64,000 bases of DNA from Ignavibacteriota bacterium (GCA_963801355.1 CAWDEM010000004.1:138903-202902), one strand, 5' to 3'; shown: positions 51,362-61,479, counted from the first letter of the stretch. Program-made: numbers and translations. The notes: generated from the letters alone by a model not told the origin.

Positions 51362-52744
51362 ATGTTCACTTCCATTAAGAAACTCCATTTCGTCGGTATC
51401 GGCGGCATCGGCATGAGCGGCATCGCGGAAATCCTTATCGATCAGGGCTTCACCATCACAGGGTCGGACCGTGCGGGCAACGACAACATCGATCGCCTCA
51501 CCGCGCTCGGCGCACAGATCTCGATCGGCCATCAAGCCTCGAATGTCGCTCCCGACGTGGATGCCATCGTGTACTCGTCGGCCATCCCGCCGGACAATCC
51601 GGAAATTGTCGTCGCGCACCAGCGCAAGATCCCCGTCATCCGCCGTGCAGAGATGCTGGCGGAAGTCATGCGGCTGAAATACGGCATCGGCATCGCCGGA
51701 ACGCACGGAAAGACCACAACGACGTCCATGGTCAGCCTCGTGCTGATGGAAGGCGGCGTGGATCCCACCGTGATCGTCGGCGGTCGCCTGCATGGGCTGG
51801 CCGGGTCCAACGCACGGATGGGAAAAGGGGAATTCATCGTCGTGGAGGCGGATGAGTTTGACCGTTCGTTCCTGTCGATCACCCCCACCATTGCGGTGCT
51901 GACGACGCTCGAAACCGATCATCTTGACTGCTATCGCGATCTGGAAGATATCAAAGCGGCGTTCATTCAATTCGCGGGCAAAGTTCCCTTCTACGGATTT
52001 GTCGTGCTTTGCCTTGATGAGCCCGCCCTGCAGGATATCATGCCGAAGATCAAGAAGAAAATTATCACCTACGGTCTGAACAGCCAGGCGGATTTGCAGG
52101 CGGTGGATATCTCGCACAAACAAAACCGGACGCGCTTCACCGTGCTGCAGAACGGACGGGAATTGGGCGAAGTGGAACTGCAAATTCCGGGCAAGCACAA
52201 CGTACAGAACGCCCTGGCGGCTATCACGGTCGGCCTGGAGCTCCAGGTACCGTTTGCGCAGGTCAAGGCCGGCATCGAGAAATTCACGGGTGTTTTCCGG
52301 CGCTGGGAAGTGAAAGCGGAAATCGGAGATATCACCGTCGTCGACGACTATGCCCATCACCCGACGGAAATCAAGGCGACCCTTGCGGGAGTGAAAGCGG
52401 GATGGCGGAGACGCGTGATCTGCGTGTTTCAACCGCACCTGTATTCACGGACGCGCGACTTCTACGACGAATTCGGCCGGTCCTTCTTCAACGCCGACGT
52501 CCTGGTCATCACCGATGTCTACCCGGCACGTGAGGAACCCATACAGGGCGTCAGCGGTGAATTGATCGTCAATGCCGCAAAGGAATTCGGGCATAAGCAT
52601 GTGGAATACCTTGCGGACAAAACCGGCGTCCCGGCATTGCTGATGGAGATCAAACAACCGGGTGATATTATCATCACGATGGGTGCCGGGGATATCTGGC
52701 GGTTCGGTGAGGAGTTTATTCGCAAACTGAAAGCCGCACAGTGA
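51362..52744 (+). CDS. murC: UDP-N-acetylmuramate--L-alanine ligase
   Basis: HFVGIGGIGMSGIAEIL; GTHGKTTTTSM. Confidence 0.9.
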   Translation: MFTSIKKLHFVGIGGIGMSGIAEILIDQGFTITGSDRAGNDNIDRLTALGAQISIGHQASNVAPDVDAIVYSSAIPPDNPEIVVAHQRKIPVIRRAEMLAEVMRLKYGIGIAGTHGKTTTTSMVSLVLMEGGVDPTVIVGGRLHGLAGSNARMGKGEFIVVEADEFDRSFLSITPTIAVLTTLETDHLDCYRDLEDIKAAFIQFAGKVPFYGFVVLCLDEPALQDIMPKIKKKIITYGLNSQADLQAVDISHKQNRTRFTVLQNGRELGEVELQIPGKHNVQNALAAITVGLELQVPFAQVKAGIEKFTGVFRRWEVKAEIGDITVVDDYAHHPTEIKATLAGVKAGWRRRVICVFQPHLYSRTRDFYDEFGRSFFNADVLVITDVYPAREEPIQGVSGELIVNAAKEFGHKHVEYLADKTGVPALLMEIKQPGDIIITMGAGDIWRFGEEFIRKLKAAQ

Positions 52745-53535
52745 GCACACAACGGACGCCATCTCCGGCACCGCACGCGCCGCGGCGCGGCCCGGAGCTT
52801 CTCGTACTTCTCCTGCTGGCACTGGTGGCCATCGGCGCAGCCGTGGGAGCCCGCATCTGGATGGACACGCTCCAGGTGCGCGGCGTCCGCATCGAGGGAA
52901 CGCGGATCGTTCCATCCGCCGACATCTTCCACCTTGCGGCTGTGCCCATGGACCAGGCGTTGAACGACGTCCGGCTGGCTGAAGTGCGTGACCGCGTGCG
53001 CCGGAACCCGTTTGTCCAGGACGTTGTGGTGCACCGGGATCCCCCGGATCGCATCCTCATCCAGGTTGAGGAACGGACGCCTGTGGCAGTTGTTGCCGCA
53101 GAGCATATGTTCTATGTGGATGCCGGAGGCATGCTGATGCCGGTCATCCGGTCGGAAGACGCTTTCGATCTTCCGGTGATTACAGGCGTTGAAGAAATCC
53201 AATCGTGCGCAAGCGGGAAACAGCTCACACACCCGGCAATCCGGGAGGCGGTGCTTCTGGTGATGGCCGCCCGGCAGCTTCATGACGGGCTGTACCGGCG
53301 GATTTCCGAGGTGCATGTCGATGACTCGGGAGACCTCCTGATGTACACCGCTGACACCGGTGTACCCGTCGTCGTCGGCCGCGGCGACATCACGACAAAG
53401 CTTGAAAAATTCGAGGCGTTCTGGAACGCCGTTGTGACCAACCGGGGTGCGCAGACCCTCGCGTCGGTCGATCTTCGCTTTGCAGATCAAGTAGTGGTAC
53501 GCTGGACGAAGAGTAGCGAACAGATGGCGAACTGA
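52741..53535 (+). CDS. ftsQ: Cell division protein FtsQ (POTRA-containing)
   Basis: GTG start overlapping the murC stop; single TM LLVLLLLALVAIGAAV plus POTRA-like region; position between murC and ftsA. Confidence 0.8.
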   Translation: MSTQRTPSPAPHAPRRGPELLVLLLLALVAIGAAVGARIWMDTLQVRGVRIEGTRIVPSADIFHLAAVPMDQALNDVRLAEVRDRVRRNPFVQDVVVHRDPPDRILIQVEERTPVAVVAAEHMFYVDAGGMLMPVIRSEDAFDLPVITGVEEIQSCASGKQLTHPAIREAVLLVMAARQLHDGLYRRISEVHVDDSGDLLMYTADTGVPVVVGRGDITTKLEKFEAFWNAVVTNRGAQTLASVDLRFADQVVVRWTKSSEQMAN

Positions 53536-53559
53536 CTGATGTCACCGGAAGGACATTCT

Positions 53560-54798
53560 ATGGACAACATTATTGTAGGCCTCGATATCGGCACCACAAA
53601 AGTGTGTGCGGTCGTCGCCGGCACAGACGAACACGGACGCATCAACATCCTTGGCGTGGGACGGTCGGTCTGCGAAGGAATGACCCGCGGCGTGGTGACG
53701 CATATCGATCGTACCACCGCGGCCATCAGCACTGCCATCAGTGAGGCACAGGCCTCCTCGGGCGTTGCCATCCGTTCTGTGATCGTCGGTATCGCGGGTG
53801 ACCACATCCAGAGCTTTCAAAGCCGTGGGGTGATCGGCATCAGCGGCGCGGAACACGAAGTGACGAACGCCGATATCGATCGCCTCATTGAAGACACCAA
53901 ACGCGTGGCCCTGCCGTCGGACCGGAAAATCATTCATGTCATCCCCCAGGAGTTCATTATCGACGGACAGGATGGCGTGTACGATCCCCTCGGCATGGCG
54001 GGCGTGCGGATGGAAGCCAATGTGCATATCATCACCGGGCTGGTCAGTGCGTCGCAAAATATCTATAAATGCGTGCAGCGCGCGGGCCTTGAAATCAGCG
54101 ATATGGTACTCGAGCCGCTGGCATCCAGCTACGCCGTCCTGGACGATGAAGAAAAAGAAGTGGGGATCGCTCTCCTGGATATCGGCGGGGGCACCACCGA
54201 TCTGGCGGTGTTCGAAGAACGGACGATCCGGCATACGGCGGTCATCGGGGTCGCAGGAAAGAAAGTCACGGATGACATACGCAAGGGGCTTGGAATTCTT
54301 ACAGAGCAAGCCGAGCGCATCAAGAAGGACCATGGCTGTGCATACGTCCCCGCCGTCGTGGACAATGAACCCATCGTGCTTCCCGGTGTGGGCGGGCGGG
54401 ATCCGATCAGCATTGACAAGCGTGTTCTCGCGCAGATCATCCAGCCCCGGATGGAGGAAATTCTGGAAATCGCTGCCATTGAAATCAAACGCTCCGGGTA
54501 CAGCAAACATCTGGCGGGAGGAGTGGTGCTGACAGGCGGGGGCGCACTCATCAAAGGCACAAGCGAATTGGCGCATATGGTGCTGGGCATGCCCGTGAAG
54601 ATCGGCATTCCCAGCGGCTTCTCCGGGGGTCTCGTCCGCGAAATAGAGAACCCGGCGTATGCCACGGCAGTCGGTTTGATCTACCATGGTTTGAAACATC
54701 GCCCGTCCGCAGCCTCAACCGGATCGGGACGAAGCAGGAAAGAAAACAACCTGGGCGTCTGGGTGCGCAAGGTGCGCGAGTTTTTTGATGCCCTGTAA
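53560..54798 (+). CDS. ftsA: Cell division protein FtsA
   Basis: Start MDNIIVGLDIGTTKV with GGAAGGA RBS; actin-like ATPase. Confidence 0.9.
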   Translation: MDNIIVGLDIGTTKVCAVVAGTDEHGRINILGVGRSVCEGMTRGVVTHIDRTTAAISTAISEAQASSGVAIRSVIVGIAGDHIQSFQSRGVIGISGAEHEVTNADIDRLIEDTKRVALPSDRKIIHVIPQEFIIDGQDGVYDPLGMAGVRMEANVHIITGLVSASQNIYKCVQRAGLEISDMVLEPLASSYAVLDDEEKEVGIALLDIGGGTTDLAVFEERTIRHTAVIGVAGKKVTDDIRKGLGILTEQAERIKKDHGCAYVPAVVDNEPIVLPGVGGRDPISIDKRVLAQIIQPRMEEILEIAAIEIKRSGYSKHLAGGVVLTGGGALIKGTSELAHMVLGMPVKIGIPSGFSGGLVREIENPAYATAVGLIYHGLKHRPSAASTGSGRSRKENNLGVWVRKVREFFDAL

Positions 54799-54837
54799 CC
54801 ACGAGTGTAACTTATAAACCCAAAGGAGGAACAACCT

Positions 54838-56022
54838 GTGATCGAACTGGACAATGGATTCGATCGTGGAGCAAAAATCCGCGTGGTCGGTGTAGGCGGC
54901 GGTGGCGGCAACGCCGTCAACAGTATGATCAAGAAAGGGTTGCACGGTGTGGACTTCTTCGCGGTCAACACCGATGTCCAGGCCCTGCAAAGGAACCAGG
55001 CACCGAACAAGATACAAATCGGCAAGAACCTAACCCACGGTCTGGGTGCGGGCGCCGATCCGACGATCGGGTACCGCGCGGTGGAGGAAGACCGCGAAGA
55101 GATCGCCCGCGCCTTGACCGGGAGCGATATGGTATTTGTGACCGCCGGCATGGGAGGCGGCACGGGAACCGGCGGAGCCCCGCTCGTGAGCAACATCGCG
55201 AAGAGCCTGGGTGCTCTGGTCGTGGGTATTGTCACCCGCCCCTTCCAGTGCGAAGGCAAGAAACGTACGGGACAGGCCGATCAGGGCATTGACGAGTTGC
55301 GCAAGCAGGTGGACACCCTCATCGTCATCCCGAATCAGAAACTGTTGTCGATCGTAGAACGCCGCACGCCGCTGACCGAAGCATTTGACATTGCCAACAG
55401 CGTGCTGTACGGCGCCACACGCGGCATCTCGGAACTCATTACGGTTCCCGGCTTGATCAATGTGGACTTCGCCGATGTCCGGACCATCATGCGGGAGATG
55501 GGTGATGCCGTCATGGGCACAGGAGAGGCCACGGGAGAAAACCGGGCAACGGAAGCCGCACATATGGCGATCTCCAGCCCGCTCCTGGATGATGTTTCCA
55601 TCAGCGGTGCCCGGGGTGTTCTGGTGAATATCACCGGCGGACCATCGATGGCACTGTATGAGATCGATGAAGCGACCGAGATTATTCACAGCGCCGCCGG
55701 CGATGAGGCAAACGTGATCCTGGGTGCGGTCATTGACGATCAGCTCACGGAAGAGATTATTGTCACCGTCATTGCCACGGGTTTCAATCAGCACGTGCCG
55801 CTGGCGAGTGCGGTGCATCCCGTCGCGCAGAAGTCGGTGCGCCCGATCGAAAGGGTTCCGACAGGTGCAGATGACCTGCAGCTCCTCGATGTTCCGGCCT
55901 ACAAGCGGCGCGGCATCGAATTGAACATTGCGGGAAGCCGTACCGAGCAGGATCCACCGAAAGAGAGAATCGACAAGAGCGATCGGGAAAAGCCGGCGTT
56001 TCTCCGTAAAGTCATGGACTGA
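54838..56022 (+). CDS. ftsZ: Cell division GTPase FtsZ
   Basis: GTG start with AAAGGAGGA RBS; GGGTGTG tubulin signature. Confidence 0.95.
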   Translation: MIELDNGFDRGAKIRVVGVGGGGGNAVNSMIKKGLHGVDFFAVNTDVQALQRNQAPNKIQIGKNLTHGLGAGADPTIGYRAVEEDREEIARALTGSDMVFVTAGMGGGTGTGGAPLVSNIAKSLGALVVGIVTRPFQCEGKKRTGQADQGIDELRKQVDTLIVIPNQKLLSIVERRTPLTEAFDIANSVLYGATRGISELITVPGLINVDFADVRTIMREMGDAVMGTGEATGENRATEAAHMAISSPLLDDVSISGARGVLVNITGGPSMALYEIDEATEIIHSAAGDEANVILGAVIDDQLTEEIIVTVIATGFNQHVPLASAVHPVAQKSVRPIERVPTGADDLQLLDVPAYKRRGIELNIAGSRTEQDPPKERIDKSDREKPAFLRKVMD

Positions 56023-56041
56023 GCAGTGATGATCCACGGAC

Positions 56042-56077
56042 GTGACACTCACCTGCGCCCACGCAGGTGAGTGTCAC
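56042..56077 (+). terminator. Perfect 16-bp stem hairpin (GTGACACTCACCTGCG-ccca-CGCAGGTGAGTGTCAC) 20 nt after the ftsZ stop; likely end of the dcw transcription unit (weak U-tract)
   Basis: Read directly; followed by direct repeats CACCTCACG x2 and several ACGT-containing motifs. Confidence 0.45.
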
Positions 56078-56181
56078 CTCACGTCTCCACGTCACCTCAC
56101 GGCTTTACGTCGCATTGCGTTTCTACGTAACCTTCCGTCTCTTCCGGTTGCTTCTTCCTCCCGACTTTTCTACTTTTCCTC

Positions 56182-56856
56182 ATGATTCGCACGCTATTTT
56201 TCTGTGTTCTCCTCTTCTGTTGTGCCGCCGAGGTGGTGCAGACCCAGACGGGAACGCCCGCCAGCGCCGTCCGCATCGGCCGCGTGAAGTACGCCGGGGG
56301 AGGCGATTGGTACAACGACCCGTCCGCCGAGGTGAACCTCCTCGCGTTCGTGCGTCAGCACGCGGGTATCGATGTCGATCCGACATACACGCCGGTGGAC
56401 ATCGGCAGCGAGCAGATCTTTTCGTTTCCGATCCTGTTCATGACGGGACACGGAAATATTGCGTTGACCGGGAAGGACCTGGAGAACCTGCGCACGTACC
56501 TGCAAAACGGAGGGTTCCTCTACGCCGACGACGACTACGGCATGGACAAATCCTTCCGGCGTGAACTCCACCGCGCGTTTCCGGACCGGGATCTTGTGGA
56601 ACTCCCATTCTCGTTCGGGCTCTATCACACGCCGTTCTCCTTCTCTGCGGGCCCTCCGAAAACCCATAAGCACGATGAACACCCCCCCCGTGCCTACGGC
56701 CTGTTCCATGAAGGACGCCTGATTGTGCTGTATACGTATGAGAGCAATCCCTCGGACGGGTGGGCGGATCCCGAAGTGCACGGCGACCCGCCCGACAAAC
56801 GGGAAGAGGCGCTCCGATTCGGCATGAACATTATCATGTGGGCCCTGACCCATTGA
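56182..56856 (+). CDS. DUF4159-like protein with N-terminal signal / TM
   Basis: 224 aa; hydrophobic N-terminus LFFCVLLFCCAA; family call from memory (typical members neighbour MoxR / DUF58 / vWA genes). Confidence 0.7.
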   Translation: MIRTLFFCVLLFCCAAEVVQTQTGTPASAVRIGRVKYAGGGDWYNDPSAEVNLLAFVRQHAGIDVDPTYTPVDIGSEQIFSFPILFMTGHGNIALTGKDLENLRTYLQNGGFLYADDDYGMDKSFRRELHRAFPDRDLVELPFSFGLYHTPFSFSAGPPKTHKHDEHPPRAYGLFHEGRLIVLYTYESNPSDGWADPEVHGDPPDKREEALRFGMNIIMWALTH

Positions 56857-56857
56857 G

Positions 56858-59800
56858 GTGCTGACACACCACATGTCTACCGGTATCAATAGCATTCTGA
56901 GCCGATTTGCCGATGTTCGCCGTCGGGACAATGGCGTGCGATCCATCAGCGGGCTGCTGTTTGCCCTTGCGCTCATCATTGCCGCGATCGTGGTCCTGCT
57001 CGGCGTCGAGGCGCTGTTCTGGCTCGATGTGACATCACGCACCGTCATTGCGGTGGTAGTGCTGGCCGGCGGTATCGGTCTCATCCTCTGGCTGGCCGGC
57101 ATCCCGTTCGCCCGCCGTCTTGGCATTCTCCGTTCTGAGACAGATCTCGTGACGGCCGGCCGGATCGGCCGTGTCTTCCCCGAAATTCACGACCGCCTGC
57201 TCAACATCGTTCAATTGGAGCAACAAAAAGCATCAGCGTCCGCTTACTACTCCACAGAACTCATCGATGCAGCTCTGGAAGACACACAAAGGGATGTGGC
57301 GTCCGTGGACTTTTCGGCGATTATTGATCGCGGTCCGCTCCGGACGGCACGCCGTCTCCTGCTGGCGGGGATTGTGCTGGCGGCTCTCGTAGCAGCCATT
57401 CTGCCGCTGGACATCAGCCAGGCGGGGTATCGTCTTGTGCATTTCCGGCAGTCATTCTCCCCGCCGGCGACGCTCGTCCTGCACGTCGAACCCGGGAACC
57501 GTGACGTCGTAAAAGGGGAATCGATTGACGTCATTGTGCGCGCGCTGGGAACGGTGCATGCGCCGGTTGAAGCCCTGCTGCGCCCCGAAGGCCAGGTGAC
57601 GACCGACGTCCACACCCTTGCGGCGCGGGCCGACGGAACCTATCACTACCGTCTGGAGGGAGTCCGCCTGTCGACATCCTATTGGATTCGCTCGGGTGAT
57701 GTCAGGACCGACGAATATCTCCTCCGGGTGCTCGACCGGCCTTCCATCGTGGCGCTCCAGGTCCGGCTGACATATCCCCGGTACACCGGCCTTCCGCCGA
57801 AGGAACTCGATGAAAACATCGGCGATGTCACCGCGCCAGCCGGGAGCATCATGCGGGTCATGCTGCGATCCAGCAAGACGGTAGCCGGCGCAACGGTGTG
57901 GTTTGACGACAGTACACATGTCGCATTGACGAGTGATGCGAAGAGCGCTCAGGGGACGCTGATGCTGCGCGCCGACCGGAAGTACCATCTCGACATCGTG
58001 GACACGGAGGGGCTCCACAATGCGGATCCGATAGAATACGCAATCCGCGTCATTCCCGACGCGCCTCCGTCCATCACCATTGTCACGCCCGGCGTGAATC
58101 TGAATGTCGCAGGCAACGAACGGTTGCCGATGGTGTTTCGCATCACCGATGATTACGGCATCTCGCATCTCCGCCTTGCACACAGGCTTGTGCATTCACG
58201 CTACGAACCGGCCGCGGAGGATTTCACCGTGGTGGAAGTACCCTTCGCACCGGGACCTGGAAACGAATGGATCGCGCCGTTCGCGTGGGAGCTTTCCTCG
58301 CTTCACCTCTCGCCCGAAGATGTTGTCGAGTATCATGCGGAAGTACTTGACAACGACGCCGTGTCCGGACCAAAGGCTGCTGTCAGCGGCACCTATACGC
58401 TCCGGCTCCCGTCCCTTGATGAAGTGTTTGCCGAAGCCGAAAAGGGGCACGAGGCGGCGGAAGGCGATCTTGACAAGGCATTGAAGCAAGCGGAGGATGC
58501 CCGCAAGGAACTTGAAGAGCTGACACGCCAGGTAAAGAGGCAACAGCAAAAACTGAACTGGAACGAGCAGAAGAAAGCGGAGGAACTTGCCAGACGCTAC
58601 GAGGAGATCCGCAAGAAAGTCGACGACGTGCAGCGTACGGTCGACAGCATGCTGGAGGAGATGCAAAAGAACAACGTGCTCTCGCCCGAAACGATGGAGA
58701 AGTATCAGGAGCTCCAGCAGCTGATGGAGCAGATTTCCTCTCCGGAGTTTGCCGAAGCGCTCAAACGGTTGCAGCAGAACATGCAGCAGATGACTCCGGA
58801 GGCGCTCAAACAGGCGCTCGAGAAGTTCCAGTTCTCGGAGGAACAATTCCGGAAGAGCATAGAGCGCACATTGAACCTCCTGAAGCGCATCCAGGTTGAG
58901 CTGAAAGTGGATGAGATGCTGAAGCGCACGGAGTCGATGGAGAAGGCGCAGCAAGGATTGCGTGAAGACCTGGAGCAACATCCTCCGGCGGACAAATCGG
59001 CCGCAGAGCCGAAAGCACGGGAACAAAACGATCTGCGTGACCAGGCGGCGTCCCTGAAACGGGACCTCGCGGCGTTGGAAAAGAATATGGAGGAATTCCC
59101 CGCCGAAATGCCGGTGGAGCAGATGCAGGAGCTGCAAGCACTCCTTGAGAAGAGCGGAATGGAAGCCGCCATGCAGCAGAGCACGGAGCAGATCCGGCAG
59201 GGCGACTATCAGCAGGCCATGCAGCAGCAGGAGAAATCCTCGCAGGCGTTACGTTCGCTCTCACAGGGACTCCAGCGGATGAAACGAGAGATGCTGCAAA
59301 ATCAACAGCGGCAGGTAGTTCAGGAAATGCAGCGTGCGACGCAGGACCTGCTGGAGATCTCGAAGCGTGAAGAAGGGCTGAAGAACGAATCCCGCGGGCT
59401 TGATCCCTCCGCTCAACGCTTTCGGGAAAATGCCCAGCAGCAAATGGATGCGCTGCGTGATCTGGGGAATGTCACCGGCCGTCTGGGTGGGCTTTCCCAG
59501 AAGACCTTCAGCATTTCGCCGGAGATGGGCAAGACGCTCGGCGACGCAATGCGTGCCATGGCACAGGCACTTGAATCCCTCGAGCAACGGAACGGGGCCC
59601 AGGCAGCCCAGCAGCAGGGAGCCGCAATGGGCTCGTTGAACCAGGCCGCGCAACAGTTGCAGGAAGCCGCACAGGGGTTGATGCAGGGTGGCGGACAGGG
59701 CATGGGGATGGCGGGTTTCATGCAACGGCTCCAGCGGCTCTCCGGAATGCAGCAAGGCATCAACGACGCGACACAGGGCCTCAGTCCGCAGCAGGCAGCC

Positions 59801-60229
59801 GAAATGGCGCGGCTTGCCGGGGAACAGGGCATGGTGCGCAAGTCCATGGAGGAGCTTGCCCGTGAGGCCGGCCGGACAGGTGAAATGAGCAAACTCCTGG
59901 GCGATCTGAACCGCGTCGCGCAAGACATGCGGGAGGTCCAGACAGATCTTGCACAGGGCAACGTCAATTCTGAAACGCTCCACAAGCAGGAACGCATTCT
60001 CTCACGCATGCTCGATGCACAGCGCTCCATGCGCGAACGGGACTACGAGAAGCGGCGCAAGTCGGAATCCGGAACGGACGTCGCCCGCCGGAGTCCGGGC
60101 GCGCTGGATCTCTCAACACCGGAAGGCCGGAGCAAGCTCCAGCAAGACCTGCTGCGTGCGCTGGAAGAGGGATACAGCAAAGACTATGAAGAGCTCATCC
60201 GCAAATACTTTGAAGCATTGCAGAAATAA
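56858..60229 (+). CDS. Giant membrane-anchored protein (1123 aa): N-terminal TM helices, about 350-aa beta-rich region, about 600-aa Q/E/K-rich coiled-coil low-complexity C-terminus; DUF4175-like (tentative)
   Basis: GTG at 56858 directly after the DUF4159 stop (alternative ATG at 56873); TM helices LLFALALIIAAIVVLLGV and VIAVVVLAGGIGLILWLAGI; long QQ-rich helical repeats; C-terminus ...YSKDYEELIRKYFEALQK. Confidence 0.8.
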   Translation: MLTHHMSTGINSILSRFADVRRRDNGVRSISGLLFALALIIAAIVVLLGVEALFWLDVTSRTVIAVVVLAGGIGLILWLAGIPFARRLGILRSETDLVTAGRIGRVFPEIHDRLLNIVQLEQQKASASAYYSTELIDAALEDTQRDVASVDFSAIIDRGPLRTARRLLLAGIVLAALVAAILPLDISQAGYRLVHFRQSFSPPATLVLHVEPGNRDVVKGESIDVIVRALGTVHAPVEALLRPEGQVTTDVHTLAARADGTYHYRLEGVRLSTSYWIRSGDVRTDEYLLRVLDRPSIVALQVRLTYPRYTGLPPKELDENIGDVTAPAGSIMRVMLRSSKTVAGATVWFDDSTHVALTSDAKSAQGTLMLRADRKYHLDIVDTEGLHNADPIEYAIRVIPDAPPSITIVTPGVNLNVAGNERLPMVFRITDDYGISHLRLAHRLVHSRYEPAAEDFTVVEVPFAPGPGNEWIAPFAWELSSLHLSPEDVVEYHAEVLDNDAVSGPKAAVSGTYTLRLPSLDEVFAEAEKGHEAAEGDLDKALKQAEDARKELEELTRQVKRQQQKLNWNEQKKAEELARRYEEIRKKVDDVQRTVDSMLEEMQKNNVLSPETMEKYQELQQLMEQISSPEFAEALKRLQQNMQQMTPEALKQALEKFQFSEEQFRKSIERTLNLLKRIQVELKVDEMLKRTESMEKAQQGLREDLEQHPPADKSAAEPKAREQNDLRDQAASLKRDLAALEKNMEEFPAEMPVEQMQELQALLEKSGMEAAMQQSTEQIRQGDYQQAMQQQEKSSQALRSLSQGLQRMKREMLQNQQRQVVQEMQRATQDLLEISKREEGLKNESRGLDPSAQRFRENAQQQMDALRDLGNVTGRLGGLSQKTFSISPEMGKTLGDAMRAMAQALESLEQRNGAQAAQQQGAAMGSLNQAAQQLQEAAQGLMQGGGQGMGMAGFMQRLQRLSGMQQGINDATQGLSPQQAAEMARLAGEQGMVRKSMEELAREAGRTGEMSKLLGDLNRVAQDMREVQTDLAQGNVNSETLHKQERILSRMLDAQRSMRERDYEKRRKSESGTDVARRSPGALDLSTPEGRSKLQQDLLRALEEGYSKDYEELIRKYFEALQK

Positions 60230-60235
60230 CACACC

Positions 60236-61414
60236 ATGCACACCATCTCCTCGATTGCCCGCATGCTGTATAAGAACTATGCCGGCTTCCGTCTGGATCA
60301 CCAGTCGCCGGCGACCTGCGTCCACGCCGGGCTTTGTGCGGAAATGCAGCGTCTCGTCGGCGGCAGCAACGGTCTCCTCACGCAGCGGGAAATCGGCCGG
60401 TCGATAGAGGGACGCAGCATTCATCTTCTCACCGCGGGTTCCGGTCCGCTGAACATTCTGCTCTGGTCGCAAATGCACGGTGATGAATCCACCGCGACAC
60501 TTGCGTTGCTCGACATTGCACACTTCTTCACGCGCGAAAGCCGGCTGCCCTGGGTGGCAAACATACTTCGGTCCCTCTCGGTGCACTGCATCCCCATGGT
60601 CAATCCTGATGGGGCCGAATCCCGCACGCGCTACAATGCCGTCGGCATCGACATCAACCGTGATGCCCGCACTGCTGTCTCCCCCGAGGCCAGGGCGCTG
60701 CGTCAGATCCAGCGGAGCATTGCGCCGGAGTTCGCATTCAACCTGCATGATCAGAACCTTCATTCAGCCGGTGATACAGCACGCGTTGCTGCCCTCGCAT
60801 TACTGGCGCCTCCTCCTGATGAGCAGCGATCCACCCCGCGTGTGCGGCGGCGCGCCATGCGCCTGGGTGCGCTTATCGCAAAAGCGCTCCATCCATTTGC
60901 CGGCGGACACATCACTCGGTACGATGACGCCTACGAACCGCGCGCATTCGGAGATCTCTTTCAGTCTCTGGGGAGCAGTACGCTGCTGATCGAATCGGGC
61001 CACTGGCCGCATGATCCGGAAAAAGCGACGATACGCAAGTTGAACGTCGTGGGAATTCTCACGGCTCTCTGGAGCATCGCCGGCGGTGCGTATGAAGATG
61101 TCGACCTGGATTCCTATACCGGTCTACCCCCCAACGGCCAGCGGATGTTTGACCTGCTGATCAGGGGGGTGGAACTTCGCCATGACAGCGGGTGGTCCGG
61201 TGCGGCTGATCTCGGCGTACTGTACGAGCGTTACGGTGATCGTGCAACCATCAAGGAAATAGGGGATCTCCGGCTGTACGGCGGGCTGGAAGTGCACACC
61301 CTGCGGAAACGTGTTCTCCCCCCGGCCTTGATGCGCGTCGAGAGCAGCATGCAACGCCGGACGCTCTATGATCTCCTGCAAATCTACCGGGCCTCACCCC
61401 CTTCCTGCGCTTGA
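60236..61414 (+). CDS. M14-family zinc carboxypeptidase (murein-peptide amidase / succinylglutamate-desuccinylase-like)
   Basis: Zn-binding HxxE (QMHGDEST); CIPMVNPDG...INRD and LIESGH motifs; start 7 nt after the giant gene's stop. Confidence 0.8.
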   Translation: MHTISSIARMLYKNYAGFRLDHQSPATCVHAGLCAEMQRLVGGSNGLLTQREIGRSIEGRSIHLLTAGSGPLNILLWSQMHGDESTATLALLDIAHFFTRESRLPWVANILRSLSVHCIPMVNPDGAESRTRYNAVGIDINRDARTAVSPEARALRQIQRSIAPEFAFNLHDQNLHSAGDTARVAALALLAPPPDEQRSTPRVRRRAMRLGALIAKALHPFAGGHITRYDDAYEPRAFGDLFQSLGSSTLLIESGHWPHDPEKATIRKLNVVGILTALWSIAGGAYEDVDLDSYTGLPPNGQRMFDLLIRGVELRHDSGWSGAADLGVLYERYGDRATIKEIGDLRLYGGLEVHTLRKRVLPPALMRVESSMQRRTLYDLLQIYRASPPSCA

Positions 61415-61439
61415 CAGTTCCCAAAGTATCGCGTATCAT
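61411..61439 (+). promoter_or_regulatory. Near-consensus sigma70-type promoter TTGACA-17 bp-TATCAT upstream of the ECF sigma gene; the -35 overlaps the M14 stop codon
   Basis: Hexamers and spacing read directly. Confidence 0.5.
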
Positions 61440-61479
61440 TAATGTTCGAGAAGACACTCCCTTTTTTGTGACGGATGCC

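Noticed and set aside
56194-57126. 310-aa minus-strand ORF
   Set aside because: Antisense to the DUF4159-like gene and the giant protein's N-terminus; Arg/Pro-rich nonsense typical of a high-GC reverse frame.
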